NCBI GenBank assembly: GCA_000320545.1
Contig: ADNK01002961.1
Coordinates: forward strand, 9,262-73,261
Origin: Bigelowiella natans CCMP2755
Taxonomy: Eukaryota; Protista; Cercozoa
DNA length: 64,000 bases
Reading direction: 5' to 3'
Part shown: positions 14,454-26,660 of the stretch, piece after piece
Layout: each line of letters opens with the position of its first letter
How positions within the stretch are numbered: the first letter of the stretch is position 1
Translations under genes and position numbers: made by a program
The notes under the pieces: generated by a model
What the model saw: only the letters and a program-made list of their open reading frames with translations
Databases searched by the model: none
Told to the model about the DNA's origin: nothing

Positions 14454-15420
14454 GACGGCGTTGCCGATTGTTTCAATGCTGCGGTGGTTTTGGTAAAACA
14501 GGAGTAGCGTTACGCCCTTGCGCATGTACGAGGTGCCGTCAAGGCAGAAACGCTCATAACAATGATGGTAAAAGTAGAAGCTGTAAAGGTAACAATGAGA
14601 CGGATGTAATGAACTGATTAAATCTTTCCAATGGTCATCCTGATGTAGCTGTGCAAAGCTGCGGCTACAGCGCTAATGGTGACAATGGCAATGGCAAATG
14701 GAGCGAGGTGGGAGCGAGCGTCGATCATGCATGTGCAGCAACAGCAACTAGACCATAACGACAATGGCATGCAAAAATTCTAGAATTGATCACGTACGTA
14801 GGTGACTCAACTAGTCATCGCTGAGCGTCTTCCGAGTCATCTGTTGCGCGCACAAGGCGATGTGCACAGAAAAATGATACAGCTTGCAATGATAGACATG
14901 CAATACACAATGTGTATAATACGTATAGTGTATTACTATGATAGACATGCAATACGCAATATGTATAACATACATAGTGTATTGCTGTGTCCATTATTGC
15001 ACAACATTGGCATGGATGCATGCAATGTGTGCATGTACATGACACTTCAGCACAACATCTCACACACACACATGAACATTGAATGAAAACCATTGAAGAA
15101 AAAGAGGAGAAAAAGTGCACGTGGCTGTTGGAATGACGAGATAGACATCTGACAATCATCGTGTTGGCATGCTGCATGGCCAACATGTAAGCTCAGCATG
15201 TGGTGCGACGTCCATCCGGCAATCTAGCAGCAATGCAAAATAAAGCTGCTCCATGTCTACACGATGCTGCGTTGCCTGTCGCTATTTGATTTTTAGCAAA
15301 GTTGAATTCTATGATCCACATCTATACCATACAGCAACATGTCGTTTGATGCACTGAACAAAATTATGCTGCATCTCTATCTGACCATTATATTCATTGA
15401 TAATGACGTAGCTTAAATGT

Positions 15421-16809
15421 CTAGATGTTGTACTCAGTTTCAAGGTTGCCATAGATTATGTAGTTCCATGTTGGTCTATTTTCGTTCTGCAGCTCTACAA
15501 ACAGTATGGAACACACCATTCCAGCGAAAAACGATAATGAATATATAACAGCCTGCTTGAAACGCAGCACAGATTTCATAAGCCGCTCCTGCGCAAATAG
15601 TTTCGGCTTTACGATTCTTTTGTTATATTCTGGTTTGTCGAAATCACCGATGCATTCGTATTTACAATCTTTGTCGAAAGGGCTCAGAAGAAGAATAGGA
15701 AGTAAAGGAGTTGTTCGGTAGTATGCTTGTCCCATTACCACCCTTGATACCCTATCAGTGATAAACATCAGCACCGAGACAGCCATTATCGTAAACAAAA
15801 TGTTCCACATGAGATCTCGCCCAGGGACCACGAAGAGGAAGATAAGAGTATTAAAAAAAATGCACAAACACATTAGAATCCAAAAGTACGGGCGATGTAG
15901 TACAGGGGCGGAAATTCTTCCCGTTCGAAAGTTTTGCTTCGTAAGGGTATCGAGACGCTCTAGTTTCGTATTGTGGTTGTAAAAGAGATCTTTTCGAAGT
16001 GTCTCGAAGTCCGAGTGCTCCTCGTTATCTATGCTCCATCTGCAACCGCCGTGCGATCGATTAACCCGTTTATATGAACGATTCTCAGAGAGAACAACGA
16101 AGGGTCCAGAAATGTCGTTTTTTATGTTAGCATTCTCAAGTTCTTGTTTGATCTCCTGCTTGCGCTTCTTCAACTCCGTTTCTGTTAAGGTGTCAGCCTT
16201 TGAAACAATAACTTCGACGTTAGAGAAATTGTTCAGTTCTTTGATAAAAACCTTGTCACAGGGCCTAAAGCGTCCTGGATTGGTGAAGTATAAAACACAG
16301 TGTATTCTAGGATCCATAGTCATATCCTGGTAATACAGGTGTTGCAGCATTCGGTCCTTTATCACCTGGATGGGTTCTTGCATGGTTTTGTTAATATCAG
16401 TATGTTCACCGAAGCCTACTGTATCGAAGACACGAAAAAGAATCTCGACTTTTTTTTTGCCTTTTTCTTTTACTTCTATTCTCTGCCGCCACTCAATAAC
16501 GTGCTCAGTCTTCACCTGTTCCTGTCGCTTAATGATCTTCCCATTTTGCTCGTTCGCGAGGCTTCGAAGAAGACTGTCTATGAAGGTTGATTTCCCAGAG
16601 CCACTAGGTCCAATCACCATGTAATTCACTACTCTTTTCTTGTCTTTTTGGAGTTCGTAGGGTACATCAGATGCGGTATCTTCCTTAGATTCAGTATCTT
16701 CCTTAGATTCGGTCTCTTCCTCAGCTCTCTTTCCGCTGCCTTGCATGCCAGACATCATCCCACCCGGAGGGAAGGGTTGTGACTCAGAAGGCGTGGTGTG
16801 AGAGCTCAT
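15421..16809 (-). CDS. Septin GTPase with C-terminal transmembrane segments, intronless
   Basis: G1 GPSGSGKST, G3 DTVG, G4 SKAD, septin motifs DPRIHCVLYF and NEEHSDFETLR, and three hydrophobic stretches after residue ~310. Confidence 0.9.
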   Translation of the reverse strand: MSSHTTPSESQPFPPGGMMSGMQGSGKRAEEETESKEDTESKEDTASDVPYELQKDKKRVVNYMVIGPSGSGKSTFIDSLLRSLANEQNGKIIKRQEQVKTEHVIEWRQRIEVKEKGKKKVEILFRVFDTVGFGEHTDINKTMQEPIQVIKDRMLQHLYYQDMTMDPRIHCVLYFTNPGRFRPCDKVFIKELNNFSNVEVIVSKADTLTETELKKRKQEIKQELENANIKNDISGPFVVLSENRSYKRVNRSHGGCRWSIDNEEHSDFETLRKDLFYNHNTKLERLDTLTKQNFRTGRISAPVLHRPYFWILMCLCIFFNTLIFLFVVPGRDLMWNILFTIMAVSVLMFITDRVSRVVMGQAYYRTTPLLPILLLSPFDKDCKYECIGDFDKPEYNKRIVKPKLFAQERLMKSVLRFKQAVIYSLSFFAGMVCSILFVELQNENRPTWNYIIYGNLETEYNI

Positions 16810-17199
16810 TTTGGAATTTGTGAGCTTTGTGCTGAAAAGTGTTTGGATGACGCCGGTAGTTTTAAGACATTACTACACGCGCATCAGCAAGTAGCGGCAC
16901 GACGTTCCGTCCCTACGCCTTCAACAACATGAGATAAATGACTCAAATCCCCTGTAGTTATTGCCAGATCGGCGTACGTTTTCGCTTGGTTAGATTGGAC
17001 GAAACTTATTGGATGTTTCCGTCTCAGTTCCAATAATGTTCCAATGCGGCCAAGGCGTCGTAGGAGGGCACTCCGCCCTTACCCCCTTACGACTTGAATA
17101 GTCTGAAATAATTGAGATAAACCGCCTGCAATTATTGGGAGATCGGTGCGCTTTCTAGCGCGTAGAGTCTGAAAAACACGATGGACGCTTCAGAGAGTC

Positions 17200-18738
17200 A
17201 TGCATGACACCCATGCCGGTGTGCAGTGTGCAACAACTTTTCGCCGCTTTGCCGATGTGCAGTGTGCAACAACTTTTAGACGCTTTCCGTGCGATTGCTG
17301 TCATTTGGCTGCAGCATTCTCCATTAGTGCACAACAAATATTTCGCCTTCGACACAAAAGTCAACAGTCCATGCGCCCGGACGCCACCTCCCATCCGAAC
17401 GGCAAAGGAAGCCCTACACGGAAAAGGAAGATGGCTGCTGAGAGGAAGCAGAAAGATGTTCAAGGTCCACCACAGCGAACACGAATTAGCGCAAAAAAAT
17501 TAAAACGTCGACATCTGAGCAAACGCCGTGTGCATTCAGAGGGAAATAGAAATGTCGAAGGATCGGACAAGGATCCTGAAGAATCTCAAGTGATGCCTAA
17601 CAAAACGGGGATAGGCAAAAGGAAAGAGGTGCTAAGAGAAGAGGAAATCGACCCCCTCGCGCAACAACAGGAGGAGGACACAAAAGAGGGAATTGAGTCC
17701 AGTTCACAACAACAACAGGAGGATGGCAATAGAGAGGAGGCGATAACCTACGAGGAAATCCAGTCCAGTGCAGAACAACATGAACAAAAGCAAAATAGAA
17801 ATGTGCCATGCGATAAAATGAAAAAAAACGGGACTTCACCTGAAGAGAAAATCATAATTTTAAAGATTAATCCAAAACGTGCTAATTGGATTATTATTGT
17901 TGTTGGCCTTCTTGCGGTCATTTACCTAGTTTTTTCTTGGACATACAGTGGTCAACATAACGGAAATCCACACAAAATCAAAATCAATCACGAAAAGATA
18001 ATCGATGATTTAAATTTAAAGATAGGAAGGCTAGAAAATCATATTCGAGAATTGGACCGAAACAATAAAGAGTTGGTAAAGGAAAAGCAGAAGTTAAATT
18101 TAAAGATAGAAAGGTTAGAAAATAATATTCGAGAATTGGACCGAAACAATAAAGAGTTGGTAAATGAAAATGACGAACTAAAGTCCAAAATCAGTGGGAA
18201 GAATTTCGCAAACAATCATGAAGGCGGGAAAGTACTGGCTGCAAGCCCAACAAGGAAAAATCCAATTAAACGTGGAGGCTACATAGGATTCATTGTTAAT
18301 ATGGTAATTCCTTCTACCGAAAATCAAGGCCCCGAGTTAGCATTAAGTGAAAGCTTACATCCAGGGCAAAACTGGGCAATGCAGGGTAATCAAGGACACC
18401 TACTCATTGAACTCAGCACCACAATAAAACCAAAGCGCATCACCGTCGAACATGCTAAACATAAGGATCCATCGCTCTATGCATCCGCCCCAAAGAACTT
18501 CGAAATATATGCCGCAAATGATCGCGCCTCCATCCAGTTACAAGAGGGGGCAATTCGTTATGGCGAAATATTTGGGAGAGAGACGAACTTCAATCCAGCT
18601 GAAGGTGAAAGAAGTTTTGAAAACACTACACATAAAAGTGTGAAATACGTTCTATTGAAAATTAATGAAAACCGTGGAAACCCAAACTTCACCTCCATAT
18701 ATGGAGTCAGAGTCTACGGGAAACCCATCGAAGATTAG
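17200..18738 (+). CDS. SUN (Sad1/UNC-84) domain protein, intronless; the real start may be a downstream ATG such as 17431
   Basis: Basic/acidic N-terminus, TM WIIIVVGLLAVIYLVFSW, coiled coil, then a C-terminal SUN domain (NFA...GGKVL, PGQNWAMQG, ITVEH, SAPKNFEIY, FTSIYGVRVYG). Confidence 0.9.
   Translation: MHDTHAGVQCATTFRRFADVQCATTFRRFPCDCCHLAAAFSISAQQIFRLRHKSQQSMRPDATSHPNGKGSPTRKRKMAAERKQKDVQGPPQRTRISAKKLKRRHLSKRRVHSEGNRNVEGSDKDPEESQVMPNKTGIGKRKEVLREEEIDPLAQQQEEDTKEGIESSSQQQQEDGNREEAITYEEIQSSAEQHEQKQNRNVPCDKMKKNGTSPEEKIIILKINPKRANWIIIVVGLLAVIYLVFSWTYSGQHNGNPHKIKINHEKIIDDLNLKIGRLENHIRELDRNNKELVKEKQKLNLKIERLENNIRELDRNNKELVNENDELKSKISGKNFANNHEGGKVLAASPTRKNPIKRGGYIGFIVNMVIPSTENQGPELALSESLHPGQNWAMQGNQGHLLIELSTTIKPKRITVEHAKHKDPSLYASAPKNFEIYAANDRASIQLQEGAIRYGEIFGRETNFNPAEGERSFENTTHKSVKYVLLKINENRGNPNFTSIYGVRVYGKPIED
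18009..18162 (+). repeat. 84-bp tandem duplication encoding the SUN coiled coil
   Basis: LNLKIGRLENHIRELDRNNKELV / LNLKIERLENNIRELDRNNKELV with near-identical DNA. Confidence 0.85.
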
Positions 18739-19734
18739 TGTTGATTTAAAAAGGGTTTATTCCAGACGGAGTGAGTTTGGTTTGAATGGTCAAATTGTGA
18801 TTTCGCTAATGTCGCTGCACACATCACTTTGATCTAGTGATGCTTTTTGCCGAGTTACCAATTTGTAAAAATGCATATGTGATGCATGCGTTTTGACTGC
18901 TAATGCATGCTAGCATGGCTGCCCCATTCCGGGTAATTCACCGGGCATTTTTCGCAGCAGATAGAAGCAGACAGCATGTAAGCATGGCATTGCATGTTTG
19001 CACCATTTTAGCATGCCTCATAGCAACAAATCGCAAAGTGAGTGTGGAGTGCTGTCATTTTTGGATGTTTGCAATGCGGACAATTGCTTGTTCTCACCGT
19101 AAACGGAATGACCTTGTTGTTTTTCTAGCAGACTACTATCACTGAGGATCAAAGATGTGCGATGGCATCCTTTTTTTCCTGAACGACGTGCCGACTACAC
19201 ACTCATGCTAGCACGCATGTGTGGACAGTTCCAGAGTTGGTCGCATGAGAATTTGCAGTGATGTGAATAAGCTAGGAAGGGAAGATTGATTTGTCATTCC
19301 AGGCAATCTAACAATGCATCATTGACATCCCATTTGCCGTTGTTCATTTGAAACCTTCGCACACTGCTGGCATGCTACAGCCTCATGCGCTAGAATGTCA
19401 TCAGCTCTTGCTAGCCTGTCGCGCAATCTAACAATCTCAACGGTGACAAGATTCATGCGCTACAATGTACACATACGCATGGCGATCTGCAAGGCTTTCT
19501 TTGACTTTTGGTAATTTATTAAATAATCAAAATAATGTGTAATAACATTCTAGCAATCGCAAAATCGCAAATGAGAATTAAACGCAATTCTCTATAGGTG
19601 GCAATCGGCAGTTCTATGCCGGTCGGTAAAACGACAAAAAAACGGATTAACTTTTAATTAATGACAACAGTACAGAGAGCTGGCTGTTGTTCGGACTAAT
19701 AGCTTGGCAGGTAGGTACTCGATGATCCAAAGAA

Positions 19735-20134
19735 TCAATCAGAACTATTTCCATCTTTTGCTGTAAGCTGGTCTTTCAAACTCGAGTATGTGCTTTCCTG
19801 CTTGTTTTTCGAGGCCGTTGAGGCTGAACTGCTGTCCCCATCACCGAGCTTCCTTTCCTTTGCATCCGTTGTCGCCACAGAAACGCTTTGATCGCTTGGC
19901 CGGATTGTGTCTGTCATGGTCTTCTCTCGAATGGACATGAGAGCCGCGTATGTGTTTACCTGGTCGAGGCTCCATATCGCGCATGATATAGGGAATACAA
20001 TCTTGAACCTGCGTGGAGGCAGAAAGACGGGTAGTTAGGAGAAAGGGAAGGCAACTTGCTATCGTGGAGATTTGCTCGAAGTAGTGTCATTCTTGCTTTC
20101 TGAATGTGTGATGTATGTTGTAGATATTATTACA

Positions 20135-20171
<37 letters not shown>

Positions 20172-20178
20172 ATGCATA

Positions 20179-20213
<35 letters not shown>

Positions 20214-20451
20214 ATTATATATAAAATCTATACACAACTATGTATGCGTATGTGTGTGTTTGTGTGTATGTGTGTTGTTTATTACAAACACTTATTTCTG
20301 TGCTCAATACGCATAACGCTCAATTCTCGATGTCGTTTACCAGGTATTCATACGATTGAAGTTATATCCGTAGACAGTTAAAGACACAGCCATGCGGATC
20401 ATATTCGCAATCATATACCTGGTACACCCACCCATACATCGACATATGCAC

Positions 20452-20482
<31 letters not shown>

Positions 20483-20687
20483 AACACGCACACACAAACA
20501 CGCACACACAAACACACACATTAAACGGGTGTACAAATTGCAGAGAGTTGGTAAAGCGAGAGAGAAAGAGAGACTTACAAGTAAGCTGCTATGAGGAGGA
20601 GTAGTGATTTAAGATTTGGATCTTCTCCGAAGTAGTAATATACAAGGATGAAACCAATAGGAAACGTCCCCAGGCAGGTGACCTGTG

Positions 20688-20746
<59 letters not shown>

Positions 20747-21336
20747 CATATGCACGTAATTACACCCATTTATTCATCTATTTATTTAACTATACATTCA
20801 GGTCAGGAGCATATGCGTGAGTGTGTGTGTGTGAGGGGGGGGGGGAGGGGGGGTTCTGCTCCTTGTGTGCCCCGACCCACCACCTCCAAAGCCCCCACTC
20901 CCTTTCCAGAAAGAATTTTTTTGCTGTGTTGAAACGTCACCGTGACGAAGGGAGGCAGCACTTGATAGTCGTACACGTTCAGGCCTCCATAGGCCGCGGG
21001 AATGAGTAGCGAGCAATAGGTTAGATGATGAAGGTGCTGCACGATGGTGTTGCGCACTTCCCTCGTATTCCCCGAGAGGCGGATTGGGTATAGAATCATA
21101 TCGTAGACGAAGAAGGCGAATAGCAGCATGTATGAGATCTAGCGGCGGGTGGGGGGAAGAGGAGGGAAGGGGGAAGAAGGGCAAGGCGGGGCAATTGTAA
21201 GACTGAGTTGTACCGCAATAGGAATGGGTTTTATACTCACGAACACCACACACACACACACGCGCACACGGAGAGTGAGAGAGAGAGAGAGAGGGAGAGA
21301 GAGAAAGAGGGAGAGAGAATTACATATATTTGAAAA

Positions 21337-21381
<45 letters not shown>

Positions 21382-21447
21382 TATATGCAATTATATGGGA
21401 GAAAAAGAGCGAGGCCCATTCATCAATCAATCATCACCAGTATACGA

Positions 21448-21495
<48 letters not shown>

Positions 21496-23445
21496 TATAT
21501 GCAATTATATGGGAGAAAAAGAGCGAGGCCCATTCATCAATCAATCATCACCAGTATACGACCTCCACGATTAGGAAGGTGGGGAAAAAAGAAAAGAAAA
21601 GGTCGCTCTACTGTATATCTTCTAAGATCACCTCTGAATGCTCGAGCATGCGGATGTGATCTTCGCTGAGATCCTTATACATCATCTCCCTGACTACCGA
21701 AATCGCCGCCGGGAAGACAAATGGAATTGCGATCTACAAAAGCATCATCATCAGCAGCAGCACCAACGATTGCTCCTCCAACCACCGAATTCCAAAGCTA
21801 GCAAGAAAAGAATCTCAAAGGGAAAAGGCAAAGCGCGGACTAGTATGATTGCTCGAGAGAGAGAGTCGGCCCTCTGCGTGCGTGGAGCATACACGCACAA
21901 CAACTCGCCATTGGCGGCATTGCTCGCTCGCGTGTGGTTATTTCGTCTCGTTGTTCTTCTTCGCAGTACCAAATAAACAAGCCCCTTGAGGATGTTTGTG
22001 TAGCCCTTGTCTTGTTTGTGAGACGCCAGCTTATTCATGAACGTGGCAAAGATCGCGCTTGATGAACTGTTTCAGGAGTAATAGTAGTCGCGGTAGTAGT
22101 AGTAGTAGTAGGAGAAGGAGGAGGAGGAGGAGGAGGAGGAGGAAGAGGGGGGAGATGAGTTGATGTACGCGAAAAATAACAGTACAACAAGATGCTGGAT
22201 ACGCAACAGTGATGACGTCTACAACACAATTCGGAAGCGCCATAAAAAAACAACTGCGCTTCCAAAAACATCTAGTGCTCATTTATCATCACTACAACAC
22301 AACCCTAACCCTCCATGCCACCCGCCCACCCCCTCCCGCTCCGCTACCGTTGTTCCAAAATGGATGTTCTTTCGAGCAATGATCGCGCCAGGGGCAGGGC
22401 CAGCAACGTACAAAACAGCGTCACCCAGGCCGCTCTCGTGATCGTTAGAGTCTTATCAATGCTACTCGACTCTTCCGCCGCCAAAGGGGAAGAGGAGGAG
22501 GAGAGAGAGAGGTAGGAAAGAACATGCTGAATCTTGGGTCCTGCCTTTTCCCAGGCCAGGCTAAATACGTCGCTGCTCTTTGCTGAAAGATGGAAAAGCA
22601 GGGAGACGGGGGGAGGGGGGGGGGGGTGGATATTGGGGAATTTTAAGAATTTTAAGCGTATGGGCAGGAAGGAAGGGAGGTGCGACAAAATGATAGCATG
22701 CAGACTTTTGCTGCATACGTATTTATATTTTCATGTTTGAGCTAGAAGAACCGTCATTGCGTTGCTTCGTAAGCGATGTTGGTGTGGGACTGCTAGAGTG
22801 TTTGCTTGGATTCGCGACGATACCTGAACCCTCTCCCTCGGCTGCTCCAGCTGGCTTTGCAACACCCGCATTTGACTTCGAGTTTAAAACAACCCCATTT
22901 TTCACTACTTCAGTGACGCTGGCGCCTTTGCCTGTTTTTGTGCTGGTGTTGGGATGTACATGTGATAAGATGATGCTCTCCCATCCATCTTCTTCGTCGC
23001 TTTCGTATTCGGCGTCGTCGTCACCATCTTCCGGTGCCTCTAAGGGCTTAGCATTGTCAGTGTTGGTGGTGGTGGTGGTGGCGCTGCTGCTGCTGCTGCT
23101 GCTGCTGCTATTTCTGCTACTGTCGCCGCTTTCGGATAATATAGACGAGTTGCCACCAATGCTGTTGGTAAGTAACCCCTTATTTCCAGTCTCGATGGGT
23201 TTTGAATTATTCGCTCCTACCAAAGACGTTACCACTGATTTCAGATCGCCGGACTCTGTTGGTGGCTCATCTACTGCTGATGATGGTGAGGATGGTGAGG
23301 AGGACGAGGGGTACTCCGATGTGGAGGGCGCTATCGAAAGCGGATCGGACAATTGCAAATCGACGGTCTCCGATGAGTAATGCTGCAGCGCGGATGCGTT
23401 TGGGAACGCATTCAAAAGGAAGAGCAGAAGCACTTGCGCAACCAT
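19735..23445 (-). CDS. Signal peptide + Ser-rich ectodomain + ~7-TM membrane protein, TLC (TRAM/LAG1/CLN8)-like, multi-exon
   Basis: Signal MVAQVLLLFLLNAFPNASA. Spliced TM region contains FFVYDMIL followed by QHLHHL, resembling the TLC Y-D and HH motifs. Last exon ends GNSSD*. Confidence 0.6.
21340..21561. repeat. ~110-bp perfect tandem duplication including an (AT)n tract, intronic
   Basis: (AT)n-aatatatacacatatatgcaattatatgggagaaaaagagcgaggcccattcatcaatcaatcatcaccagtatacgacc occurs twice back to back. Confidence 0.85.
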
Positions 23446-24776
23446 TGTTGAATGTTTGGTTCTAGATCTTGCGGGTTGGGCAGAGAGTGTTTGTCTGATC
23501 TTGGAGTTCAGGCCTTCTTCTCTGATGCTGTAAGTCTGCAACCTGGCTAACAAACCATCGTCCCCGTTCTTCGTAAATAAGTGAAAATACGCTTCCTGGA
23601 TTCGATCCTATTGCAGTTTTATTTCTGCCCGAAGCAAAATGCGTCTGGGTAAGTCCCTGTGAGGTAGTTCAGATACATGGGTGTGAGCATTGCCTAGAAT
23701 CATTAGATCTTAAACAAATCATCATTTGCCGTGAAGAATATCGCCCCTCAATCCCTCCCCATTGTTCTATCCTTCGGAATCATACAACCTTGTCTTCACG
23801 CCAGGGGCTACTTCGATTTCTTTCTTCCCTGCAGAGAGTCAGCGGGGGTGGGGAAGAGTACAGAATTTGTAAGAGTTTCAGTTTTATTCAACGAGAAAAA
23901 TGTGCTCGCAAATAGCTGTTTTCATAGTATTTTGTGATAAAATTATTGTCGTTATTTTAAATTACTATCTAGTTTATGTCTATCCGAAACAGATTAGGGC
24001 TGTCTTAATTTGACGTTTAGACTGGGATCGTGCGAAGATACTCACCGAGTCTGCGCTCCATTTAGATGTTTCTAGGGCAAAATTCTGCCTGGCTTAAGTT
24101 CCCATGATTTTACTCCGTTTTGGATACTCTTGGAATGTCGTTATATGTAAATTGCACTGCGTTTTGGGGAATTTTAGCTCGACAACACGATCTCCAGCGC
24201 TCGAAAGAGGTTGTGAACGGAGGATCAGTCGTAAAGGAATTGCCTTCGGTCTTTATTGTAGTCTATTTCCTTCTCGGCAGTTTGCGATGAGAATGTGCAG
24301 AGAAAACCGCATTTCTGTCGATGGAAAAGCGAATTTCTAAGATTCTTGAAAGCTCGCAACGGTCTGTTGTTTTTTCCGGATAAGACAACGACATGGAAGG
24401 GTTTTACTATTAAAACGGCCTAATAAAACTGAAACACGCATTTTGTTCGAAAATTAATTTCGCGCATGGCGACAATATTTTTCCAGACAACATATCATGC
24501 GACACATTTCCTGAACTCTCTCTCGTTATTTATTACGAAAGGCCTAAATCATCATCCTCTCAGGTTTCTTCAGTTCTTTTTTTAGATCATTTTTTTAGGT
24601 AGTTTTCCGCTGATTAGCAAGTCTTACTGCGGAACAGCTAGCAACACCACTTCTCAAGCTCCCCCCTCCCAAGCCTACGATCGGAGGAGAAGAGGCAAAA
24701 CTTTTGTAGAGGTGAAGAAGGCCAGGGCTCACATCGCCAACGTTACTGACCTCCCTGAGAAGGGCTCGAAGGAAAA

Positions 24777-25689
24777 ATGCAAGATCATGAACCTACCTGC
24801 CCGAGATGCAAAACCAACGCCTACGTCCGCTTGAAGGACCGCGCCGGAGAGTAAGAATGGCCTCCTCGCTGCTGCTAACCCAGCATAAAGACGAAATTGA
24901 GAAAATACATTCCGTACAGGTACACCTGCAAGAAATGCGCAACTGTTGTACAAAGAGGCATTATCAGCGAGGATGCTGAATGGAGGTGATGAGCCAAGCG
25001 AGTTTCGTATTAGATAGCGCCCCGACCCATAATGCGGTGTTTCGCGGTACTTTTTTTTTGGTTCGTCGCACAAAATTAAGGGAATTCAAAGATTCTGACC
25101 GACGGGGTGGTGACCCCAATCGAGTTGGTCAAAAGGAAGACGAGGGGGCCATATTATCCACCAGGGTTGGAAGAACAGACATCGGTACGGAAGTCTATCG
25201 TCTACACATTTCGTACGACAAATGATGACGACAACGATAACGATGGCCCCCGCGACTAAAATTCCCAGGCATGAATCTATCAACACGGGGAGTTTACAGC
25301 GCCGAAGAGAGGAAAGCAGAACGGCTGCTGAGAGCTAACGTTGAGATCCGGGATCTTGCCAGGAAATTACACCTAAAGCAGCGCCACGCACAATTTGTAA
25401 GAACCATGTCCCTCTATGCGTGAGATGCGTTAGGTAAATCATCTTCTACTTATTTGCCATAGGTCATTGAAATGTACAAGAGGGTTTTTGACGTGAGGGA
25501 AGCTACTGGTACGATGAATGCAGTGGCTGCCGCCGTGCTGCCGGCATTTTGTGTTTCTTCTCATTGGCGTTCGTTTGCTTATGCACCGTAGATGTGAAGG
25601 AGGGTAACGAAGTCAAGATGAGGAAAGACTTCATTGGACCCAGTGTGGAGGTACATGACCTATCTCTCCAGCTCTCTTTTTCTCTCTCC

Positions 25690-25728
<39 letters not shown>

Positions 25729-26660
25729 GAACAATAGTGAAATCATAAAACAACATCTTTCTCCCAGGCACTTATAGGCGCTTGCTTCTACTGGGCTGCT
25801 AAGAAGACCCAAGTGGCGCGATCGATAAAGGACATATCAGCAAAGTTGACAAATATCACGCACCGGGAACTCAAAACTGCAATCAAACGAATTCTCAAGC
25901 ACAAACACTAGTGAGATGACAAAACTCCATCCTTGCTTCTTCCATTCCACCTGCTGATCTTCCGCGCCTCGCCATTGCAGCGTTTTAGGCCCGATGAAGG
26001 TGGCGTTTAAAGTTACCCAGCCGAGCCAAGTATCTCTATGTTCTTCGTTACTTTAACCAAAATTCCCATCATGATTCGTATTATTGAATGAATTCATTAG
26101 ATCGTGAAGCGGAAAGCTCACCAGCTCAAACTGAGCGACAACATAGGGCACGAGGCGGCAAAGATCGCTGAGGCGGTCGGATCCACCATCACCGTTTCAC
26201 CTCACATACACTGCAATCTGACGTGAAAACATGCTGTACAGGTGATGCTCACGGGCTGCATGGAGGGGAAACCACCAGATACGATTGCCGGTTTGAACGC
26301 ACCTCGGAACGAGAGCATTTTGCGTTTAACATACGGAGTGTGTGTGTGTGTGTGTGCTAAGCAGAATTAATGGTAGCGAATTTTTGTGTGCAAATGTCTT
26401 GTAGGTGCGTGCTTGCTGATTGCCCTGGAAGGGCATGAAGGCGTGAAAATCAACAGCGAGCTTCTGCAAGCAGCCTTCGACGCGAAAAGGAAAACGCTGG
26501 AGGGCAGAGCGCGGGAGATCAAGGCATCTGGTTAGCGCGAAACAAGTTTGATGGCAAATCGCCCATATCACTGACGATGACTTGTTTTTGGTTCTGAACA
26601 GGCATCTCAGACTACAGGGCAGCGTTGAAGATATTAGCATCCAAACCGAAGAAGAAGTAG
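24777..26660 (+). CDS. TFIIB: Transcription initiation factor IIB (TFIIB) family protein, ~11 exons
   Basis: Zn ribbon CPRC...CKKC, B-reader EWREF...DPNRVG, two cyclin-fold repeats (ALIGACFYWAAKKTQVARSIKDI; EGKPPDTIAGACLLIA). An in-frame stop lies just upstream of ATG 24777. Ends KPKKK*. Confidence 0.85.

Noticed and set aside
17219-17290. 36-bp direct repeat (gtgcagtgtgcaacaacttt) near the SUN start as a regulatory element
   Set aside because: Two copies only, and I cannot tell whether it is UTR or coding; no functional evidence.
21340-21561. Perfect duplication as a duplicated micro-exon
   Set aside because: The flanking exons join in phase without it; slippage or an assembly artefact at the (AT)n tract is more likely.
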